The notes beneath the pieces are model-generated. The model had not been told where the DNA came from. It saw nothing but the letters and a program-made list of their open reading frames with translations, and searched no databases. Shown here piece after piece: positions 1 through 9,701 of a DNA stretch of 64,000 nt. The stretch is taken from NCBI GenBank assembly GCA_964016885.1, contig OZ024764.1:23684001-23748000 (forward strand), in the 5' to 3' direction. Made by a program: the position numbers and the translations under genes. The stretch's first letter is position 1, and the number at the start of each line of letters is the position of its first letter. This DNA is from Eledone cirrhosa. Its lineage: Eukaryota.

Positions 1-868
1 CTTGGGGACCAGTTCAATCAGTTCTTCATAAATATTAAATTCACAGTCACAGGCCCTGATGAAGAATGCAAGCTGTACTATTCCAGTGATGTCAACAGTC
101 TCTTCAATAGCAATAGAAACATGTTCAAACCTTGATGATACAGCCTTTAACTGTTGTTTCAGATCACCTGACATTTCATTAATCTGTTCAGCAACAGTGT
201 TCCTTGTTAATGTCTTTGAATAACTCTGCTTTCTCTGGACAATTTCAGCTGTTTTTACAAGACATTACTTTACAAAATCTCCTTCACTGTAAGATTTCCC
301 ACTCATGGCAATCATTCGACTGAGTTCATAGCTTGCAGTAACAGAAGTGACATTCTCTTCCTGAATTAACATAAAACAGGTCTGTTGCTGTGTCAAGTTA
401 GACTTCAATTCCTTGAGTCTTGAAACACACATTGGGCCTTCATATTTATCGTAAGATTGATGGTTTGTTTCATAATGTGTTTTTAAATTGTACTCTTTTG
501 GCGTGGAGATGTAGTTGTTGCAAATTAAACAGTGTATCTTTCTGTTCACCATTGGGCAAAAATACTGTAATTCCCACTTTTCTTGAAACACTTGCCCTTC
601 TTCGTTCAATTTCCTTTTTCTCTTAGCTGGAGGAGCACTAACCATTTCAAAAACAAAATCTTTTGAAATTTTGAAAGAAAGTTTTCTGTTAATGAGCTGC
701 ACGTGATTAATGGAAGTTAAAAGTCGTTGACAAAATTTGCCCCCAAAAAATAATTGTATCGAAAATGTTTTAAATTTTATATTACGAAAATGAAACATGC
801 TCGCACTGTAAAAACCTTTGTGTGGGCCGCAGGTTTGCTTGCCAAGGGCCGCATGTTTGACATGTCTG
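1..868 (-). mobile_element. hAT DNA transposon (Charlie/SPIN/GTF2IRD2-like), 5' part, degenerate transposase; truncated by window edge
   Basis: Minus-strand ORF contains KRKRKLNEEGQVFQEKWELQYF..CLIC..KEYNLKTHYETNH, the BED-like N-terminus of SPIN/GTF2IRD2 transposases. Terminus reads CAGACATGTCAAACATGCGGCCC on the minus strand, flanked by ATGTAGGT (869-876). Confidence 0.85.
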
Positions 869-879
869 ATGTAGGTTAC

Positions 880-1432
880 CAACACTAGGCAGGGCAGCAT
901 GTCCATCAGTGTCTTCTGCTACATTAACTACCAGGAGGTCACCACATGAGACAAAGACCAAAGACTACATTTCAAAGAAGGGTCATAAAAGAACTAAATA
1001 CAAAAGTCCTCGCAGCAAAAAACAAATAATTGAGCTTTGGGTCTAGGTCAAGGGGGCAGAAGTGCTGTACCCTGTGGATAAGACTGCAAAAGTATTCGCC
1101 CCGGACAGTGACACCCACTGCAATAGCCACCCCAACCCCATGGGACTCCCTCTTCAGAAGGGCCACCAATGTTCTGATCTTACAGAGGAGCTCGCCCGTA
1201 CAGGGTCCAAGTACTTCTGAGGTCTCGATGGTGACCAGTGTGAAGAGACCTACAATTGATGTCATCCCAGTTATGTTGGACTGTAATATACTGGGGTATA
1301 GAGAGGCCTTAATCTGTCTCAGCCGGGCCACCCAGGGTTGTGTCATCTAGGTACTAGACAGGGGTGACTAGACCATGTTGTCAACTGTCAACACCAATAG
1401 GAGTGAGGCGAGTGGGTCCCCTTGCGAGACAC
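880..1432 (-). mobile_element. Degenerate CRE-like non-LTR retrotransposon RT fragment
   Basis: Minus-strand translation gives GVSQGDPL (~1409-1432) and YLDDTTLGGP (~1324-1353), which are RT motifs. Copies at 12042-12594, 22606-22862 plus 25342-25410 (split by the LTR insertion) and 61610-62163. Confidence 0.6.
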
Positions 1433-1677
1433 CATATATAAAACGTATTTGCTAATTACTTTAATGAATAATTTGTTTCATACGTAATTATTACTTTTAA
1501 CACAATAGGATTTTGTACACGTGTTTGTTTGAAAACATCTTTCAAAGAAGTATGAGACAGTCTTTTGTAGTGTTTATTATAATAAATTACTGTATGTTGA
1601 GCTGTTTTAACTTCTCCACCTTCTATTATTTTATATTGTTTTTGTAAAAAAACGAGATCTTTTTCATATATATATAT

Positions 1678-1890
1678 GAAGGCGTGTGGCTTAGTGGTTA
1701 GAGAATTGGATTCGGAATTATGAGATTGTGAGTTCGATTCTCAGACTGGGCGATGCGTTATGTCCTTGAGCAAGACATTTTATTTCACGTTGCTCCTTCT
1801 AGCTGGAGTTGCGACCGATATATAGTATTAGCAATTGGAAAGACCAATGGAAACATTGTTTCCTCGGTCCGATTTGACGAAAAGTCGATC
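1678..1890 (+). mobile_element. tRNA-derived SINE
   Basis: A-box-like TGGCTTAGTGG, B-box-like GAGTTCGATTC, then TGTCCTTGAGCAAGACA central domain. Copies at 12840-13052 and 62407-62620, an inverted copy at ~42870-43045, and a copy lacking the head at ~25552. Confidence 0.7.
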
Positions 1891-2671
1891 ATAAAAAATA
1901 TATATAGAGAGAGAGAGAAACACACAAACATACACTACTGTATTACATATGTCAGGGGAGATAACTCTCGTTACATCCCCCCTTCTTTTTGATATACGTC
2001 CTTTAAATACTTTGTTCAATGGAATCTACTTTATTTTGTGTCCTAAGTAGATTTCTGTTTAATTATTTACGAGATTCACAATGATTCACGTAACCAAGTT
2101 ACTTACATAGAGATATATTTCACATAGAATCACAACAAATGAAAATATTAAGTCAACACTCTGTCAATCAGTCTCACATCACATGGGGTGCCGGAGTCTC
2201 CCTCTAATACTTTCTGAGACAGTCTTACCTCGAGTGATAGCAAGGCTAAGATGTTGGAACTACCAAACAGCCTCATATGTATCATCTGACACCTCGGTAA
2301 GGAGAGCTGCCAACGATAACAAGAACCTCGTTGTCAGGGACCTATCTCCTCCAAACTTCTCCAACACCACAGACTAGAATATTCTACTCTTTATTCCCTA
2401 TCAAATATATTTCAGTCTAGTCATTTATCTTGTATCTTGTATATGTATTTTCAAAACTAACTGTCACATTTGTGAGACCCCAGTTAGTGATGTTTTTCTC
2501 TTCCTCCCACATCCTACATGCTGTAGTAAAAGTGAGGGTCACTGCTTCTGTAGACGAACGAAATAAAAGTTAAACTACCAGTAATTATCGGCAAAGTATT
2601 TATTCCAGTCTGTGATGTTTGAGAAGCTGGGCTGCTGACAACGAAGTTGTGGTCACTGTTGGCGGCTGGCT

Positions 2672-2927
2672 TTACCGAAGTACCCGATGACTCTTGTGAG
2701 GGTACTTAGCTGTTCTGGCGGTTTAGCCTCTATGACATGATTTTACTGAGATACCCGGTGATCTCTGTCAGGGTACTTAGCTGTTCTGGCGGTTTAGCCT
2801 CCATATGACCCGATCTTACCGAGATACCCGGTGATCTCTGTCAGGCTACTTAGCTGTTCTGGCAACTTAGCCCCCATATGACCCGATTTACCGAAGTACC
2901 CGGTGATCTCTGTAAGAGTACTTAGCT
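2672..2927. repeat. Short tandem array of ~65-67 bp units (probable LTR-derived repeat)
   Basis: About 4 copies of ccgagatacccggtgatctctgtcagggtacttagctgttctggcggtttagcctccatatgacccgatctta. Also at 13834-14089 and 26418-26673; only ~2 copies at 44410-44522. Confidence 0.8.
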
Positions 2928-3568
2928 GGGCATAGGTTAAGTTTTACGTCCTCGAAAATGAAACTAGGTTTTCTGACAAGTGAATGTGTTTTTTTTTTTT
3001 TTACAATGAAATTTACGATACACTCTTTGTTTATTTACAACAGGTCTCTATAGTGATATGGTGTTAATTAGTATTGCGTGTGTGATTATTTTCTCTTATA
3101 TATATATGTGTGGGTGTGTATATGTGTGTGTATATATATGTGTGTCTGTATGTATATATATATATGTGTTTGTATATATATATGTGTTTGTGTCATCATC
3201 ATCGTTTACATTTTTTTACCCAAATCCCTTATCATTCTTTGTCCTTCCTATGACCCGGCCTTAATTTGTTTATAGTTGGTGCCAACTTTGGCAAGATCAT
3301 CTAAACGATGATGATGACACAAACACATATATATATACAAACACACATATATATATATACATATACACACACATATACACACCCACACATATATATATAA
3401 GAAATAATAATCACACACGCAATACTAATTAACACCATATCACTATAGAGACCTGTTGTAAATAAACAAAGAGTGTATCGTAAATTTCATTGTAAAAAAA
3501 AAACAAACACATTCACTTGTCAGAAAACCTAGTTTCATTTTCGAGGACGTAAAACTTAACCTATGCCC
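2928..3568. mobile_element. Foldback/MITE-like palindromic element, ~270-280 bp inverted arms, 6-bp TSD TTAGCT
   Basis: GGGCATAGGTTAAGTTTTACG...CGTAAAACTTAACCTATGCCC. Arms 2928-~3208 and ~3302-3568, loop ~93 bp. TTAGCT at 2922-2927 and 3569-3574; the empty paralogous site at 44517-44522 has a single TTAGCT. Confidence 0.9.
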
Positions 3569-3674
3569 TTAGCTGTTCTATTTTAATTACATTTACTGAT
3601 TTCAACTTCATTTTTTTATTACAAACTTTACATAATTTAATTCCGTAAAATTATTTTTACGTCACAAAAAAACT

Positions 3675-3801
3675 TGACCTTTGACATTGAAGCATGCGCA
3701 GTGGTGCAGTTGTCGACTTCCTGTCCACGTGTCAGTCTTCCTACAACAACATTTAGACAACATTTCTGTAAATACTAAACACCTGAGACTATAATGTAAG
3801 T
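3675..3801 (+). promoter_or_regulatory. Putative promoter / non-coding first exon of ZNF gene A with splice donor
   Basis: Cluster of TGACCTTTGAC, GCATGCGCA (NRF1-like), ACTTCCTG (ETS) and CACGTG (E-box), followed by the donor AAT|GTAAGT at 3796-3801. Conserved upstream of all four ZNF genes. Confidence 0.55.
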
Positions 3802-5145
3802 ATTATGTCTATTAATATTGTAGATTTAAGCTCACTTTTCACATCACAAATATATATTTTCTTGTTTGTTTCATTACTGGAAATATAAAATGTTATCGTA
3901 ATTATCTATATTTTACCTACCTCTAATTAATTAAAGTGAAAACTTTTGTTGTTGCTGAAAAATAAATTAACAAAACTAAATATTTAAATATTCTAAAGGT
4001 CGTTTTTATATTATGTGATGATATAATTAATATATTTTATTACAATTGTATAAATTTACAGTAGAATAACGTTGTAAATATGTTTTAAATATATACATAA
4101 ATAACATAAGTGTGTAAATAACATTATAAATTGCTGGCAATTCCTTGAGAAAGACATTACAAATATATTGTCTAAACTGTGTATTATATTATAATTTATT
4201 GAACAATAATGATAAAGGAAAGAAAAACACAGTGGGAGATGGCAATTGACCACCAAACGAGGTAAACATTTTCAACTTTCCCCTTTTTTTGCTTTGTCCG
4301 AGACAACTCAAAATATTCTTCAAGGAACTGGATTTTCCATTCGGTTGGATCGAACGGATTTTACGATTTATAATCTACGGAGAGGAATAACAGATGTTCG
4401 GAGGAAAAAAGAATTGTTTGTGGCAACAACGTAGGGAACCAACCTGGAGCAATTGTATCACACAATTATACTTTCCTCCTTAACATACACTTAGAATTTT
4501 TCAAAATCAAACCCCCCAAATATAAAATATAAATAATTATAAATGGCGAGGAACCATCCCATCTCCCTCTTGAAATAACCTGAATCTATTTATAGTCAGG
4601 TGTGACTGAAAGGTCAATCCATACTTCCATTCTATTTCACAGAATTAGAAGCTTTGACCACTTGATAGAATTCAGGTCCAGTAATGTAATCACTCCGTAA
4701 TTGTAAACATCTTGTATCACTATCATTCAGGTTTTTATTTTACTCAAGTCTTGCCCATGTTTTTTTTCTTTTTTCTTTTTTACACAAACTCACAATTTCG
4801 GTTTTTACTGCGGATTTACCCATGCGAACTATTACACAAACTCACAGCCTTAGATTTTGTATTTCTAGCGTTTTTATTTTCCTTCTCTTTGCATGTTCAG
4901 TGCTCTTTCTCTCCCACTGTATTTACCTGCCTCTCACATGACCACACTCCTCTCCACGCACTCACCATCTTCTCACTCCTTCCATCCCTCCCCTTGCGCA
5001 ACCCTTACTTCCTCCTCGCGCACAGCCCACCTAGGTATTCGTTCAACCCGCCGGTGGCCCGATGTTTCGACCGAACTATCACCGGCGATTGCCGATTGCT
5101 AAAGTTGCCACCACTTTAACCTAGTCCACTCTAGGTGGCGGTGGC

Positions 5146-5778
5146 ATGCGTCGAACGACCAAGAGACCTGCTTGGTGGAACGACTATGTGACAACCGGTC
5201 AGCCTTCGACCTCTCATTCTCCACCAACTGCAGCACGCACGAGAGGAGCTAACTTGACCCCACCTACCCCTCCTCTCCTTCACGGCAGATTCCGAACGAA
5301 TCCAACCCGGCCAACCACACCACCCCTACAACTGTTAGCTCACCACCCAACCTCCGCTTTAGTTCCACCGTTAGAACCACTGCTGTCTCCTTTACTGACT
5401 CACTCCCTTCACCGAATTCCAACGCTGGCCCTCTACTGCCGGCTGTTGCCAGCCCGCCACCTGATTGCGCCCTCTGTGCTCGCACTAACCAGTACTTAAA
5501 GACAATTAAATGTCACCTATGCCACGCAAGCTACCACAGAAGCTGTGTCGGCATCACCAAAGCTCAAGCCGAAAGGCTTCAACACTGGACCTGTCATCGG
5601 TGCCACTTCAGCTCCGACTATTCCGTAGGGATGACCAACACTCTACCGACGACTCTCCACAGCCCCCCCCCCCGGGCTTCTACAAATCAAAGCTCGTTAA
5701 CCGGACCCTTAAGGGAGCTCGGAACAGCTTTGCAGGTGCCCTCTCTAATTTACTTAAAAACGTTTGCTCGTCCAACAT
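5146..5778 (+). mobile_element. 5' part of CRE-clade LINE ORF with PHD finger, frameshifted and truncated at the ZNF exon
   Basis: The frame from 5463 reads DCALCARTNQYLKTIKCHLCHASYHRSCVGITKAQAERLQHWTCHRCH (C4HC3). The paralog at 45940-47440 continues into a CCHC/RLE region. Confidence 0.7.
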
Positions 5779-5793
5779 TTTTTAGTGGGAGAT

Positions 5794-7039
5794 ATGTTGA
5801 AAAATATAGTAAATTCACCATTCCACTGTGATATCTGTGGTAAATCATTCTCTAACAATACTAAATTAACTAGACACAAACTAAGTCATACAGAAGAGAA
5901 GCCATATCACTGTGATATCTGTGGTAAATTATTCTCTAAAAATAATAAATTAACCAGACATAAACTAAGTCATGCAGAAGAGAAGCCATATCACTGTGAT
6001 ATCTGTAGTAAATCATTCTCTAAAAGTACTAAATTAACCAGACATAAACTAAATCATGCAGAAGAGAAGCCATATCACTGTGATATCTGTAGTAAATCAT
6101 TCTCTAAAAGTACTAAATTAACTAGACACAAACTAAGTCATACAGAAGAGAAGCCATATCACTGTGATATCTGTGGTAAATTATTCTCTAAAAATAATAA
6201 ATTAACCAGACATAAACTAAGTCATGCAGAAGAGAAGCCATATCACTGTGATATCTGTGGTAAATCATTTAGACACAAACTAAGTCACTCAGAAGAGAAG
6301 CCATATCACTGTGATATCTGTGGTAAATCATTTTCTAAAAGTAATAAATTGACTAAACACAAACGTAGTCACACAGGAGAGAAGCCGTGTCACTATATCT
6401 TTGGTAAATCTAAAAATAGTAACTTAGCTAGAGACAAACTAAGTCCCACAGGAGAAACCATATCACAATGATATTTGTGGTAAATATTTCTCTCATGTGA
6501 GTACCTTAACAAATTACAAACATATTCCTGCAGGAGAGACACCATATTATTGTGATGTCTGTGGTAAATCATTCTCTAAAAATACAAAATTAAAAAGACA
6601 CAAACAAAGACATTCAGAAGAGAAGCTATATCACTGTGATATCTGTGATAAATCATTCTCTCGAAGTGATCAATTAACTATCCACAAACGTATTCATACA
6701 GGAGAGAAGCCATATCACTGTGATATCTGTGGTAAATCATTCTTTCATAGTAAAACCTTAACTACCCACAAACGTACTCATACAGGAGAGAAACCATATC
6801 ACTGTGATATCTGTGATAAATCATTCTCTCATAGTCAAACCTTAACTACCCACAAATGTACTCATACAGGAGAGAAGCCATATCACTGTGATATCTGTGG
6901 TAAATCATTCTCTCATACCTTAACTCCCCACAAACGTACTCATACAGGAGAGAAGCCATATCACTGTGACATCTGTGATAAATCATTCTCTCGAAGTGGT
7001 ATCCTAGCCAAGCATGTGCGTATTCATACAGAAGTTTAG
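5794..7039 (+). pseudogene. C2H2 zinc-finger array gene A, frameshifted near 6455 (ORFs 5794-6471 and 6497-7039)
   Basis: About 15 finger units of ~84 bp, several with deletions. ATG at 5794 matches the ATG of genes C and D. GGAGAAACCATATCAC lacks 2 nt of the GGAGAGAAACC consensus. Ends HVRIHTEV* like its paralogs. Confidence 0.85.
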
Positions 7040-7308
7040 CTGTATCAATATCAAACTCATTACATCATACTACAACAACAACAACAAATGTGTAGATCCA
7101 TCATCCTTGCTAAAACTGGGGTCAACCTTGTAGGTTTTACCTAGGACAGGGATCATAAACACCAGATTTCTATTTTTGAAGCCGTGTTTGAAGATTTTGT
7201 GTAAATTAAAGTTTTTCACATTAAACTTTGATTTATTATACTTTAACAGGTAAGATATATATTTGTATTTTTAGTAAAGGTTGGGAACTTCTGTAATTTA
7301 AACCTGCC

Positions 7309-7314
7309 AATAAA
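7309..7314 (+). terminator. Putative polyadenylation signal of ZNF gene A
   Basis: AATAAA about 270 bp after the stop, followed by a T/GT-rich tract. Same context after B, C and D. Confidence 0.4.
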
Positions 7315-7689
7315 ATGAAAACTTTTGTTGTTGTTAGTCAGACATTGATATTAATTCTATTGTCCTGTACATTGTCTCAAATATCACAGATTAAACAGAT
7401 TTTAACAATAACAACAGAAATCAATAACTTGTAAGCCTAATATCTAGCTTCCATTTTAACTATTTGATATTGTTCCCCTCCTGTCTCTTCAGGTCTTTTA
7501 GATTTCAACTTCTATCTACTGTACTATTCCATCACCAAGGCAACATTCATCTGGCTGGCAGCTTACATCAACTCCAGATCTCATCAGTGGTTCACAACAG
7601 GCTGTCTGAAAGAAACTTGCAGATATCTTCTATGTCATAGCTATCAATCTCCTCCTCCTTATCATATGTATCATGTAGAACATCTCTGA

Positions 7690-7940
7690 ATTTATATTTA
7701 ACAGGGAGATCTTTTACTATCCCTACCCTTTCCTCTAGGTTGTCTTGTACCTCTCTCACAGTCCCTCTAGATCTTATATTTAACAGGGAGATATTTTACT
7801 GTCCCTACCCTTTTCTCTAGGTTGTCTTGTACCTCTCTCACAATCCCTGTAGATCTTATATTTAACAGGGAGATCTTTTACTCTCCAACCCTTCTATCTC
7901 GAGATAGTCTTGTATCTGTCAGTCCCTCTAGATCTTACAC
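7690..7940. repeat. ~82-bp minisatellite downstream of ZNF gene
   Basis: Unit gatcttatatttaacagggagatcttttact..ccctacccttttctctaggttgtcttgtacctctctcacagtccctcta. About 3 copies here and at 18850-19100, ~5 at 36100-36530, ~1-2 at 54045-54175. Confidence 0.8.
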
Positions 7941-8227
7941 CTAGTATCTAGTCTATGTTGAGTGGTACGTCCTTCTCCAGTAAAGGAGTTAATATTCCCA
8001 ACCATCTGTCTATCCTGTTTTCTGATGAGAATGAAGTCAATCTAGTTTATCTCTTCACCTGATTGAAGTAACTAGATCAAGTAACTAGATGTTTTCCTGT
8101 AAGTTAGTGTTGCAGTGTTTGTGTCACCATGTAAGGTATATATCTATTAATATAGAGATGTAGTAAAGTTTTCACTGTTGTATCTCTATTTTCTAAATAT
8201 CTTAATAATGTTTCTCTACTATTTCAG

Positions 8228-8595
8228 AATATCACATGACCTTGACAGAAAAGAGTCTTTTAAAGACAACAGAAAGATGTTACATACAAGTGATATAAAC
8301 TTGTTTAGTCTGTGGTGAATTATGGTGAAATATTTCTTCTGAATTGAGATAAATAACAACATTTTCCTTTTTCACTGTCTGGAATATTTACAAGATGATT
8401 TTACATTCTGATTGAACTTTGGATATTTACAAAGGCGTTTTCAAAATATTTGGATATTGACAAAGATCACATTTGATAAAATTATGAACAATAGAAATAT
8501 TTACATCAACATAGGAATATTTTCCAGAAGAGATGGGAAAATCATTATACCACTGTAATATTTGTGGTAAAGTATTCTCTCTTCTTTATATGTAG
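8228..8595 (+). pseudogene. Relic ZNF exon (splice acceptor plus half a finger)
   Basis: Acceptor tttctctactatttcag|aat. Shares the ttcactgtctggaatat.tacaagatgatt motif with the 5' leader of C/D. ATG at 8533 gives MGKSLYHCNICGKVFSLLYM*. Confidence 0.6.
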
Positions 8596-8723
8596 AACAT
8601 CTAACTATACACTTTAATTAACAAACTATTGTGCTATAGAATTGACAAACTTGAGGAATGTTTAATAAATGTTACAGATTTCTCCAAACTGTCGTTTACT
8701 AACTTTAATTTGAAACTATATTA

Positions 8724-9141
8724 TCTATATACTACTACTAAAATTCTGTGATTGTGTCTTGTCTGTAATTTAATACAGCTAAAACAGTGCATAATGGGGA
8801 AATACTTTGAAAAGAATAAAACAATTTTTGTATAAATTGGGGCACAGGTTCCCAAGATACGGGGTTTTCTGGGTACCTTCATAAATATAGGGAGAGAAAG
8901 AGATAGTGGTTGTGAGAGTGTGGATTGAAAAGGAGAGATAGAAGGAGATGGAAGGAAAGGGGAAGAGAGAGACAGAGACCTGGTGGTGATGTTTAATAAA
9001 ATGTGTGTGTATATATATATATGTGTGTCTATATATATATATGTCTATATTTTAACTATTTGAAAATTATTTTTAAGTGAACATGATTTTAGAAAAAATA
9101 GTTTTAAGGGAACGTGACCCAACAGGTCCCGGGTGGTCTAG
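8724..9141 (+). mobile_element. Non-autonomous Helitron
   Basis: A|TCTATATACTACT...short subterminal hairpin (gacc-caaca-ggtc)...CTAG|T, no TSD, internal (TA/TG)n. Confidence 0.75.
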
Positions 9142-9701
9142 TTTGTTACTAAATACTAGATATTAGAGGGTCATGTTGTTCTAGATGTGCTGGAAGAGCC
9201 ATTCCATCTCGTGAGGCTCACACCAGCAGCTAGCCACCTCAGCACCTATGGTGGTATATTTATTATATTATTTAATTTGCTGTTGATCTCAGTTACCACT
9301 TTCACCATTATCCAATCCCTTAGCTGTCACCATGTTTTATCAAATGTTCAACCATACTGTTGTCACCAATCTAGTAAATATTCAATCTCTCAGCTGTCAC
9401 CTAATTTTAAATGTTCCACCATCCTGTTGTCACCTATCTGTAGTAGATATTCCATCTATCATCTGCCACTAGTTTCTTGTAAGTACTGAAGTGAGGCTAC
9501 TGATCTCCCAGACAGACCAAGGATCTGAGACTTATTTACATAAGGTCTCATTAGCTACTGAGTGCACAGAAAAGCTTGTCATGTCTTTGTCATGATTGAA
9601 GAGTTCTCCGACACTATTGTCGGGCAAGCTTTCTATGGCCAGATGTCCTTCACATGACCAACCACATTACAGCCTGTGTTGGGTGTGTTTATCATGTAGG
9701 T

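Noticed and set aside
1678-1760. tRNA gene
   Set aside because: A/B boxes are present but no convincing cloverleaf; it continues into a SINE body.
3058-3275. Short ORFs rich in YIYI/CVCV (also 29058, 37251, 39708, 57173)
   Set aside because: Translations of (TA)n/(TG)n microsatellites.
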